Part shown: one piece after another, positions 45,060 to 56,294 of the stretch
Position numbering within the stretch: position 1 is the first letter of the stretch
Layout: each line of letters begins with the position of its first letter
The notes under the pieces: generated by a model
Database searches by the model: none
What the model saw: only the letters and a program-made list of their open reading frames with translations
What the model was told of the DNA's origin: nothing
From: Phocaeicola dorei
Lineage (GTDB): Bacteria > Bacillota_I > Bacilli_A > RFN20 > CAG-826
DNA length: 64,000 nucleotides
Reading direction: 5' to 3'
NCBI GenBank assembly: GCA_963632375.1
Contig: CAVGUB010000111.1
Location: 15,913-79,912, forward strand
Made by a program: the position numbers and the translations under genes

Positions 45060-48000
45060 TTATTTCATTAATTTTTCTAACATTCTATTAAGATGTTGTG
45101 TTGCAATTTGTACAGCTCGTTTAGCTTCTCTATCACCCTGAATCGCCATTTGTGCTAAAGGATCCGCTTTTATAGAAGTTTTTCCACCTTGCTTAAAAGA
45201 AAAAGTTTGAGCTGGTCTAGTTACATAGCGTTGGTTTGTGTCATAAATGGATTTCTTATACTTATTTTGTAATTGTTTAACAATCGGTGAGTTCATAAAA
45301 TTTGTATAAGCAGTTCTATTAGCATCACTCAATATTCAATTATCAAATTCTGCTTTATTCTCAGTTGTATCAGCTTCGTATGCAGAATCAAATTGGGTAT
45401 GCAATAGCTTGTCTAATTCGTCATTATATTTACTTTGTAAATCATTTATTTCATATGTTTGAGCAAGATCATTCTTCTTATTTCAAGCATCACGATAATT
45501 TTGACGTACCTGATACATATAAGGATTTACATTATTTACTCACTGTTCTTGCTTCTGACTCGCATCAAGTTCTGCACCACGGCTTCTTACATTGGCAAAA
45601 TATTGAGATTTTTGATTAGCTGCTTGTGTATCTAATGAACGTTGTTTATTAATTCTTTCAACATCTTGTGCATTTCAAGAATCTACATATCTTGTTATAT
45701 TATCACCTTTTTGTTGTTCTATATTAGATATTTTGTCAGCACGTTGTAATTCTCCCGCCATATTTGAATTGACATCAGATGAATTAAACTGAATGTCTCT
45801 ATATGGATTTTCAGCTAACCTTGTAGAGTTATCAATACTAGCTGTTGAAAAACGTTGACCCTCAAGTCTTGGTGTATCAAATTTAACAGAATATAAAGCA
45901 TTATTAGCTTTTTGTTTATCCTTATAAACTGAATTTACAGCAGCAACATTACTAATCATTGAGCCCAAATCCATTAAATTAGGAATATTTGCTTTTAGCG
46001 CTTGCCCAAAAGAACCACCGCTGAACTTATATATTTTACCACCTTTACGTAACATTATACCTCCATCTTGTAAAGATCCAACTTGCTTTGGTGTTTGTTG
46101 TGATGCTAAACGTACTCTAGATTGTGGTACTAAACGTGGTACGTTAGATCGTGATACTAAACGTTGTAATCTAAATCTAGATTGTGCTGCTAAATGTGGT
46201 ACTTTAGATTGTGGTACTGAAGGTTGTACTTTAGATTGTGGTACTGAAGGTTGTACTTTAGATTGTGGTACTGATCTTGATCCTGCCATATTTCTTCATG
46301 CACGTCAATCTCAAGAACCTTTTTCAAAAGTATCTGGTTTAAATAAATGTGGATATTTATATGCTAAATCACGTAAGTAAATATCTCTAGATGAATTATG
46401 CTTCAATATAGATGTATTAAAGTCTTTAGCTGCACGATTCAAATCACTTGCTGAAATATTTTGTGCAATAAATTTATCAATATTTTGATTTCCAAACCCA
46501 CCAAACATATCTCTGACAGCATATCCTATCGTAGAACGAGCTTCTGGATTAGATGATTCAAATGTAGCTTCTCCTATTCTATCCGTAACTTTTCTATTGC
46601 GATTATACCAATGACCTGATTTTTCAGATTTATTGAATTTAATTCCAAATGAATCCAGTGCTTTTTTAGCATCACCATCTGATAGTTCAATACCCAAATC
46701 TTTGGCTTCAGATTTAACTTGTGCAATAAGTTCCTTCTTAGAACCATTTGCGGATTCAACCATTTCTTGAATCTCAGAAGCAGTTTTCTTTAATTCCTTA
46801 TCACCAACTTTGGCTGTATGCTTAACTTCATCAACATCTGCTAATGTGTCCTTAATCAAATTTCTTTGACCAATGCCTTTACGTATTGATTTTGCTGCAC
46901 CAGCACCGAATAAAATACCAGAAGATAAACCTCTACCTAAATCAACTAAATCTTGAGATGTTAAATCTTCTCCAGAGATAACCTTTTTAAGTGGATTTAT
47001 CATTGATGTCATACCTGCTACCGTAGCAAGAGTCAACAATGGTTTGGCAACTTTACGTATACCTGCAATAGCTTTTGCAGATTTTCCAGCTTTTGCAAAA
47101 ACTCCAGCTAAAGGTATCATAGACGCAACATCTAAAGCAAGTCCAATTGCTAAATCTTTACCTGCCCCAGAAACACCTGATTCACCTTGATTTCCTTGTG
47201 CCTTATCGGCTTTATAACGAAGTATACTACCTCCAATACCAGATAAACCTCCAACAATATTTCCAATTGGTCCAAACATACTAGCACCAACTCCAGCCAA
47301 ATCTAAACCTGCTGCCATTAATTGTTGTTTTTCAGCAGTAGACAAACCACCGTCAGAACCATTAAGTTTGTGGTCTTTGATTACATCCTTTTTAGCATCA
47401 GTTTCAAAAGTTTTAGTCCTTGTTGTAGGAGCAAGAACTATTCCACCATATTGTAGTTTAGATAATTTATTTCAATCAATTTTACCCCCATTCGCACGCT
47501 TTCCTAATTTGGTATGTACGTTACTAATGTGTGGGTTTTCTGTTTCTTGATAACTTATACCCCTGCTTTTTACTTTAGATAATGCTTCTAATTGGGATGT
47601 CGTTGCTTTTTCCCCATTCATATATCGTTTTAACAATTCCATATTTTCAGGTGCAACTTTAACTGGTGCATGATTGTCACCTCAATAAATTCATGTATTA
47701 CCCTCTCTATCGGAAGCTATTGTGACGTCTTGACCATTATTTCTAAATGTACGTTTTACACCCAATTCTTGGTCACCACGTCATTGTCACGCGCTTGGAT
47801 TTAAGGCTTGGCCGGATGTTGCATAACCTGCAACTTTCCATCCTGTAGCATTTGCCAATGCTTCTCTAGAATCAAATTTATGAGCAGTACCATCCGCATC
47901 AAAATAAACATATTGTGGAACATATACCCCAGCATAATTACGTTTAGTTGGATCCAAATATGCATACACTTTTTGCCCTTCTGGAACACCTTCAAAGAAA

Positions 48001-49502
48001 CCTGTTGCATCGACGTGTCCAGCTCCTTTTATATTATTTGTTCTATAAAAATCATATAATTCTGGACTGTATTGTGTATCGGAATTATAGCTAGTATATT
48101 CACCATAATTAGATTTATCATCAGCTGCAAATCCGTTCCAAATTCTATCACCCATAAATCGAACCTTACTAGCATTTGCTGCATCGTATCAAGCTGCTCA
48201 ATCAGGTGAATTTTTATTACTAATAAAACTACCAATATATTGAGCATACAAATCAGGGTGAGCAATGATTTCATCTCTTGTTCTGAGTATTCCATTTACA
48301 AGGAAACCGTTTTCGTATTTAGTACCTTTAAATGGTGCAAGCCTTCCCAAATACCAATTTTTATAATCCCCAAAGATACCTCCGTTTACACTAAATGTGC
48401 CATCATCGTTTTTAGTAATAGTTGCCCCATTTGAGCCAGCTCAAGAGTCTTTATTCCCACCTCATTCATAATTATTGGAATCGTCAGAATCACCTGATGT
48501 TCCATTTCCACTTGATGCTGGAGTATCTTTTGAGAATCCTATCAGTTTAAGAAAATCAAGATCGTTTTGAGTTGCAGTACCCTTTCGTACTCTATCTTGT
48601 AAATCATTGAAAAATGTTTCTCTATTTTCAGGAGTAAGTCCCACATTACTAAGATATGTTCTTAATCTCTTTAAATCGGATTCATGACCTTTTCAAGCAG
48701 ACATGTCAAAACCTGGGGCGTTCATAATATCGTCAATATTAGAAGATCCATAAATGTTATTAAAATTGTTTTGAACAATGCCCCATTTCGCTTTATTAGA
48801 TGCAGAATCTTCTTCGCCTTCTTTATATGGATCAAACCAACCAAAACCACGATCCCATTTTAATCTAGGACCTTTATATTCAACAGGTTCTTCATTCATA
48901 TCTACATATTTCATATATTCTCCACTACGTTTAAATCTGTCGTTAGCAGTATGAAACGTAGCTTGCATTGTTTTTCTAAAATTAGAATCATTTGGAGATG
49001 CAGAAATACCTTGAGCATATTGGCTAGTAACATTATTACCGTTTGAATCATATACTTCTATAGTATTGTTCTCAGGGTTATATCGAGCTTCATTGCCATC
49101 TTTAATAGCTTTTGCAGCAACATCATACATTCCACGCATTCCAAAGTCAGAAGACGAATACGCATTGTAAAGTCTATCCAATGCTGTTTGTCCAGAGATA
49201 GTTCGTCCATTCATTGTAAACTTACCCAATGTTGGAGCGACAAATTTATCATCGGAAGACATTCCTTCATAATTACCATGCTCTGCATCAGTTTGATTTA
49301 ATGTACTTGTAACAGCTTTTAATAAAGAATTTTCCCCACTTCTATAATCGTCCTTTGTTAGATTATCGCTTCAATCCACACCTTGTTCTTCTGGATTTGG
49401 AATTGATTCATCAATCGCTTTTTCAGCTTGTTTAAATCCTTCTTTACGTGTCTTTTCTAAATCTTGCTCACTAAGTACTCTTTTTTTCTTTTTTTGTGCC
49501 AT
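45060..49502 (-). CDS. giant virion-module protein (1480 aa) with glycine-rich hydrophobic segment and internal 9-aa repeats; about 18 in-frame TGA
   Basis: Track ORFs 45060.., 45675.., 46311.., 47787.., 48462.. and 48693.. share a frame, and all gaps were read with only TGA. ATG 49502 follows an in-frame TAG at 49551 and a terminator hairpin. Confidence 0.75.
46114..46274 (-). repeat. in-frame 27-nt tandem repeat array (about 6 units, 2.7 of them perfect)
   Basis: ACTTTAGATTGTGGTACTGAAGGTTGT occurs at 46201 and 46228, with a partial copy at 46255 and degenerate copies back to 46114. It encodes SVPQSKVQP repeats. Confidence 0.8.
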
Positions 49503-49512
49503 ATATATATAA

Positions 49513-49551
49513 TTAAAAAAGGAGGTGAGGTTTATATCGACCTCAACCTCC
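49513..49551 (-). terminator. rho-independent terminator after the 92-aa gene
   Basis: On the minus strand: GGAGGTTGAGGT-cgatataa-ACCTCACCTCC (one bulge) followed by TTTTTT. Confidence 0.65.
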
Positions 49552-49578
49552 TAAAAAGAAAAAATCTTATTCCTTATA

Positions 49579-49857
49579 TTACTTTACTTTACGTACAGAT
49601 TTCTTACAAATTTTACCACCTTTACGCATAAACTGTTGCTCTTGTGGTTGTTCACCTGCAACAGGTTGTGCATTTTGAAGCATTTCCATAATCATCTGTG
49701 CTAAAGCAGCAGCTGCATCAGGGCCAATTTGTTGAATAATTTCCTGAGCCATTTGTGCAAGTTGTTGCATCATCTGATCTTGCTGCCCATCTTGTGGCGC
49801 TTCTTGTACAGGAGCTACTGGTGCGGCTCCGCCTTCTTGTAATTTCTTTATATACAT
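49579..49857 (-). CDS. small Q/A-rich protein (92 aa), own promoter and terminator; no TGA
   Basis: ATG 49857 and TAA 49579. It is preceded by a 245-nt non-coding region and followed by a terminator. Its composition is Q/A/M/E-rich with basic termini. Confidence 0.75.
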   Translation of the reverse strand: MYIKKLQEGGAAPVAPVQEAPQDGQQDQMMQQLAQMAQEIIQQIGPDAAAALAQMIMEMLQNAQPVAGEQPQEQQFMRKGGKICKKSVRKVK

Positions 49858-49923
49858 AATATATTATTTTTATATTAACTAATCTTCTTCTTATTGTGAA
49901 ATATTCATTATTTCTATTTTGGA

Positions 49924-49931
49924 CAAAAATA
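49924..49931 (-). promoter_or_regulatory. candidate Bacteroidota-type -7 promoter element (TAnnTTTG) for the 92-aa gene
   Basis: The minus strand reads TATTTTTG 66 nt upstream of ATG 49857, with TTG-containing sequence about 17-23 nt further upstream. Motif match only. Confidence 0.35.
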
Positions 49932-49989
49932 ATAAAAATAATTTATAAAAACAATAGCAAATTTTATTGTAAAGTTATAAACATATATT

Positions 49990-49997
49990 TAATTTTG
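49990..49997 (+). promoter_or_regulatory. candidate plus-strand TAnnTTTG -7 element
   Basis: TAATTTTG on the plus strand with ATTG about 20 nt upstream, roughly 100 nt upstream of a plus-oriented terminator hairpin. Motif match only. Confidence 0.25.
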
Positions 49998-50070
49998 TAT
50001 TGCGATATAATTAGAACAGAGTGTGAACGCTGCTACGGCAAACTACATTAAAATATTTTTTCGATCGCAT

Positions 50071-50100
50071 ATCCCAGGTTGTTATAGCCTGGGATTTTTT
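50071..50100 (+). terminator. hairpin with a plus-strand T-run (plus-oriented intrinsic terminator)
   Basis: ATCCCAGG-ttgttatag-CCTGGGAT followed by TTTTT on the plus strand. On the minus strand the stem is followed by ATGCGATCG, not a T-run. Confidence 0.5.
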
Positions 50101-50102
50101 AT

Positions 50103-50693
50103 TTATGGGTGATCCACATATTGCGGATCTCTATTCTCTTGTCGAGTCATTTCTCCAAAAACATATCGACCTAATGCTTTATAATCAGCGTCTAATTTGC
50201 TTCGTTTGGCTTTTTTAGCTTTTCTAATAATAACTTTAGTTGAAATTCTACTGAAAATTCGTTCTCCACCATTTAAAGTAAATTGAAGACTTCCGTCGCC
50301 TTTTAAGATACATAGTTCATTTCTTGGTAGATCTGTAAATTCTTTACTCTCTAAAATTTCAACTTCGTCACCTTCATAAACATCCGAATCTTTATTTAAT
50401 TCAATAACATAATAAACGTTTTCTGCTTCTAAAGGTTCTTCACTATCAGGTTCTCCTTCATAAACAACCGATACCTCATCATCTTCCCCGACAAAAATAA
50501 TATCAAGTGGAATTTTAGTATCTTTCATTCAAAATCATATAAAGTCTTGTGGGTCATCTCGATAGTCAAAAAATGCACCTTCATTATCAGCTAAAGAAGT
50601 TATTCCTTGTAAACCTTTCTCTTTTTCTTCTTCCGTTTTTAATCAAAGAAGATTATATTCATGTTTATCTATTTTTACTTTAATCGTATCCAT
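50103..50693 (-). CDS. DUF192 domain protein (196 aa); 3 in-frame TGA
   Basis: The track shows 50103..50528 only. Extending through TGA gives MDTIKVKI ... EKGLQGI ... FIWFWMKDTKIPLDIIFVG, the DUF192 pattern (G-L-x-G ... F-W-M-K-x-T-x-I-P-L-D). ATG 50693 overlaps the upstream TAA. Confidence 0.8.
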
Positions 50694-51799
50694 TATTTAA
50701 CTTTCTTTATAAGATTTGAATTATCGTCACAATTATGAAATAAAGTATCTGCAATTAATTTACCTGCCTTTAAAGCAGATTCATCATCACCTTTCTTTCA
50801 AAGAGCTTCTATTTTACTTGTAAGGGAACTTTCAAATATCATTTCATCTCTTTCTATCTCTGCAACTTGTTCTATCTTTCCAGCAGAATCCACCGATACA
50901 ACAGGTATACCTTTTCTTGTTACCTTTTCAGCAAGCTCTGGATTTACTAAATCCATATTATGTTTTCGGGCATGTAAAGCACCTTCTGGGATCAAAATTG
51001 ATCCTCCATTTTGAAACTTACTTGGTAACTTCATACCACGTTTACCCATAACTAGATTTGTTTGTCCATTATAACGGTTGAAGTTCTGATTTTCAAGATC
51101 TTGTGAATAGTTAGAAGCTTTTCGTAATGTATTAACTTGACTTAACTCGGTTAATAATTTGTTACGTTCGTTTTGTTCTTTAATATAGTCTTGTATTTTT
51201 TTCCTAGAACCACCTAATAAGAAATTAACACTCGTGCCACCATATTCTAAAGCTGTATTTATATCAGATACGGCTCCTCCGAATGCATCACTAACCGCAT
51301 CAACATCAATAGATTTTTCAGCATCTGCTACTTTTGCACCACCTAATGCTAAAATATTACCAGGTAAGAAGTTTTGAGAATTATTCAAAATTCTAGCAGC
51401 ATCACTAATTCCCATTTTTTTAGCATCATCTTTATGAATGTTGCTACTTCTTAAACCTGTAGCATCCATTGCAGTATCCACTGCTTTGGCAGCAACACCT
51501 GCTGCCATTGCAAATGGATTACCTGATTGAATTGCTGCATCTTCTATACCCGTTCTAACTTGATTTTGTAAAGTTGCAGTTGGATCAGATGCATATTTTG
51601 AATTTTCATGTACAGCACTTTGTGCTGAAGATAACAATGAATTTCCTAATGTAAATAGACTAGATTGGTCTGTACCCGTAGGACCTCCCAAAGTGTTGTT
51701 TTGGTTTGTGTTATTTCCATTCGGATTAACTCCATTAGAAGAAGGATCCTTTTGTTTGGCTTTATTAGGATTAAAAAAGTTTTGTACTCAGTTTCACAT
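50693..51799 (-). CDS. virion-module protein (368 aa), unknown function; 3 in-frame TGA
   Basis: Track ORF 50798..51691 extended in frame: upstream to ATG 51799 (in-frame TAA at 51812), downstream through TGA 50798 to TAA 50693. Confidence 0.7.
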
Positions 51800-51800
51800 T

Positions 51801-54800
51801 TTATGAATAACTTAATGTATACAATGTTTGTAAAGCAGTTATTATAACCAAATCTTTTCCAGAATATTTAACCCTAACTTTACAATACTTATCTCTAATT
51901 CTAGTTGACTTAGCGTCTTTATCTAGTTCGGTTTGTTTTGTTCCATCACTAGACGTAATTCTATATTTAGAACGATAACGAATAGGTTCTATATTTAAAT
52001 ATCAAGAATCCTCTTTATATTGAATATTACCTAAACGTCTACCATATTTATTTATATTTTTACATTCTTGAGTTACATTTAAATAGTAATTATTTAATGT
52101 AGTATCTCATTGAATATCAACGTTTTTAAATTCTTGTGATGATTGAATTTTAACTTTATCTAATCCAGATGCAGTACGAATCTCTGATTCTTTAGCTGGA
52201 TTAAATTTAGTATCTCATTCAGATTCTCCTTTAAATGTATTTTGTCTAAAAATACCCGCCTTATTAAATCCATAAACATCACCTTCTATTGTAAATTCCA
52301 ATTCTTTAGGTTGTACATTATTTGATATAATAACTAAATTATCAAATATCTTATGTGCACCTACATCTTGATTTACAACAAATTCCATCTCAAATGGTTC
52401 TTGCGTTTCATACCATTTAGTAGGAAGTATTTGATTTGTGAATTTGGCATCTTCATAATCTATTTCATCAAATATTCCCGATCTTCCATGAATGTAGAAT
52501 CCGTTCCTGAGATATGCGTTTTGTTGTTTTGTGTTAATTTCAATATCATTGGAAGATTTTAAAACTATACCAATAACTTCATTTGTTGTATAACTTGCAT
52601 CTCCATATCCAAATTCACAAGAACAATACACATTAAAATAAACCGGAACAAAATCAATATTATATTTAGTTTTAAAGTAATTTAAAACTTCATCATAAGA
52701 TTTCGATTGTAAAACAATTGGATAATTATCTGAATTTATTTCAAAAACATCAGAATCTTTCAATTCAACATTTATATTTTCATCATCATCATTTAAATAA
52801 CTTGTGGTTATTTTTTGAATTATAACAGAGTTTAACTTATCGACACTCATATTAGGTGAAGGTGTTAATTCTGTATTGAATTTTTCCCCAAGTATTCATT
52901 CTGAATTAGAAGATCTGACCCCATAATTACAATTCTTATTATCATATATATGTGCTAAAACTTTAGCTCGATTTTGATCCAAAGAATAAAATATGTTATC
53001 GATATTTTCACTATACAAAGGAGTTCAAGAATATCGTGTTATTCACTTACCCATTCTTTCATTATAACACATATTTCAAGTTGTATCTTCACTTTCATTA
53101 TAGAACGTGAACATTACATCACCTTTATTGTTGTTATAATGAGTTTTAACGTTTTTGATACCAATAGTTGGATACTTATCTGCTTCAGAAAGTTTAATAT
53201 AATTATTTAAGAATTGTTGAATCTTCATATCAGATATTATCTGCATCTGATTATTAGAACCAACAACCCAAATCTTCTTAGCGGTAGTATCAACTCCATA
53301 AACACCTACCGGTGTTTTAATTATAGATTCTTGCCAAATACTTCCAAAATCAGGATTTAAAACTGTTACTTGGTTTTGTAATACACCTGCTCCATACATA
53401 TGTATTGATTGACCACTTTGTGTAGCCAGTAAAGCTTTTTCGTTTACTGGAACCAAACCAACACCATGTTCAAATACACACAATAAATTATTACCCCAAG
53501 GAATTAATTTTACTATAGCTCCATATTGTCTTTCAATATCTTGATAATCCAAAGATTTAAAAATTCTAAACGAATTTTCAAATTTTCCAAATGTTTGAAC
53601 ATCACTAAACATTATACGATTATCAAACAACTCTTTTAAATATGGTACATTAGGTACAATAAAATTTTGTAATTTGCCCAAAGTTTTACCATAACCCTGT
53701 GCTACAATTTTTGATTCAGCGCCCTTTCCAGACGATGTTATATTAAATCACGAATTTGGAAAGAATGTTCTAGGGTTACCAAGTAACGCTTCCTCATCAA
53801 TGTGAGAATGATCAATACATCTAATACCAAGGTTATAACTTGAAAGACATTTAAATGTTACCCACATTCCCATTGGCACTGCATTTATATCGCCTCTATT
53901 CATTTCAGAATAATCTCCAACGGAATCAGATTTAGTAGATCCTTTTTCTGCAGCATTCCAACCATTAACCATTTTATTATAACCTTTATAATTCTTATAT
54001 CAAGTTTCAGGGTCTATAATTGTATCGTTAATTGGAACAGTACCATCAATAAAATTTCTATTTAAACGAATTGTAATCGTATTTGTATAACAATCACCAC
54101 GATAACAATCCATTGATTTTGTATTAAAATCAACTCTATTAGAAATAGCATAGAACGGACTAGTATCATTTTTTCTAATAGTAAAATAATCCTTTAATTT
54201 ACTTTCAGAATAACCTTGTATTTTTATTTCATATAAGCTATTTGGAATTAGATTAGAATTAACTCCAAGATAATCCGTTCAATTGCCACGTAATAAGAGG
54301 TTTGTGTCTGCATCTCAATCCTTCTCTGAAAAGAATGAAAATTGACTTACATCTTCTGCAGCACCACATTTTGATGCAAAACAATATCCGTTTACGTATT
54401 TAGCCTTTGTGTCTTCTTGTACGTATGTCAAATTAGTATTTAGTAGTGTTTTGTTTTCTAAAGACTCACCTTTAATATAAAAGTGCCTATCTTCAGATGT
54501 ATCCGTTAACAACTCACCTGTTTGTACTTGACGTAAAACAAATTCACTACCATCAAACCTTGATTTTAATTCTGGGACACTTGTACAATCCAATGTTAAT
54601 AATGCACTTCCTTTTGAAGTATCTGTGTATATTTTTCTAGATTCAAAATCAGTTGTTAACATTGGTTTGATATAAGTTACATAATTAGCACTAGATGTAG
54701 CAACTTTATTTGCCAATGCAGCGGTTACAACATCACCGGTCACAACAGCTCTTGCAACATTTAACACTTTGAATCATTTACTTAATGCTTTACGTTTTTT

Positions 54801-56294
54801 AGCTTCAGTTGCTGATAAAAATCCTTCTGTAAAAAACATTCCGGTTTTACCATCATCATCAAGCTCGTATAACATAGGAATGTAACTAACTCCATCGATT
54901 CCAAGTGCTAAACCTTGCCCTAATGTATTAGCAATACGTTTTTGTCTTACTAAGAAATATCCTTTTACACCTAATTCTTTTAATTCTGAAATAACTAAAT
55001 CATCTAATTCAAAATTAAAATACAAAGGTTTTACGGTATTATTTGAATAATTAATTACTTGGTACTTAGGCAATTTAAATACACCAAATGTATTGTTTAG
55101 ATACTTTTCATTTGTAATAAAAGTATCTCTTTCATATTCTTCAGTTGATTCTAAATTAATATCGTTGTCTTGATTTATATCTGTAAATTCACAACCTTTT
55201 AAGTTAAAAACAGGTGTTAATGAATTATCATTTAAAATATAAACTATACCCAGTCTATAAATTTCATCAGGTCAATATCCTAGTCTATAATAATTATTCC
55301 ATGGCGAATAGTATTCTGTACGAGATTGATCGTCCTCAACATTATAACTATAATCAGAAGAATTAATTCAGCCAATACTTTCAGAAGATTGTTTTAATGT
55401 AACTTTTACTTTATATGATCATTTTTGTAATTCAGCAACATTTATATTATTCTTCTGAACATTACCAAAAAAGAGCATATTTTGTACTTGTGCTTCTGTT
55501 TTAGCCGCAGTAATTAAATTATATTGGATATTTAATTCATTTACAGTAACCTCTACGGTATCTTCATAACCCGTGATATTTACTAATTCTGTTTCAGAAT
55601 TGAACTTAATAGGGTCTTTCAACTGCATTGCTTCTATTTGGCTAACCCCATTTGTATCACTAAATTCCCTAGTATAATACAAATATATTCTTGAATAACT
55701 TTTATCCAAATTTGATATTCTTAACGAAATCGTTTTATCAGTCACCTCATTTTGCATGGTACCGACTATAGAACCTATATTAGAAACCGTGCCTTTGTAA
55801 ATAATAATTTGTCCTGATTCGGTTAAGAAATTTGTTTTATTATCATCTTCATCAGATAAACGTAAATAAAATGTATATATACCACCTTTTAATTGTCCAG
55901 AAGTTTCAACTCCATTTAAATCAATCACCGGGAAACAATCAGTACTCTTAATTAGCCTAGTTGTTTCATCAATATTTTCTTCTTTATAAAGATTTGTTTG
56001 ATTTATTTGATTCCTCTTTATTATCTTGAATCGATTATCTTCAATTTTTGAAAAACGTGTATTTATAATTCTAGGTGGATTTAAATCATCTGTCATAAGA
56101 AGATTAACTGTACCATCATAAGATGGTTGGCATTCAATCGAAACAGGATGATTCAAATCACCTAATTTGAAGTTTTTTATGGTAAACCCCTTTATAGATC
56201 CATCACTTTCTAAAATGTTTTGTAATGCACTATAAGTATGTGAAAAAGATCCTTCGTTGGGGTATTTATATATGTTAAATTTAATCGTACCCAT
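51801..56294 (-). CDS. large tail/structural protein (1497 aa), family not recognised; about 14 in-frame TGA
   Basis: Track ORFs 52215.., 53076.., 53748.., 54315.., 54774.. and 55419.. share a frame, joined only by TGA. ATG is at 56294 (in-frame TAA at 56307) and TAA stop at 51801. Confidence 0.75.

Noticed and set aside
46114-46274. The tandem repeats could be a CRISPR array or an attachment or iteron-type element.
   Set aside because: The units are directly adjacent with no spacers, the period is 27 nt (9 codons), and they lie in frame inside a long gene. This is a coding repeat.
49858-50102. A suppressor tRNA or other tRNA hidden in the only long intergenic gap. A GTTCGAA T-loop-like string was also noted near 24713 on the minus strand.
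   Set aside because: I could not fold a cloverleaf (acceptor stem plus T-arm) in the gap. The 24713 string lies inside the RNAP reading frame with no matching acceptor stem. A proper tRNAscan-SE run is still advisable.
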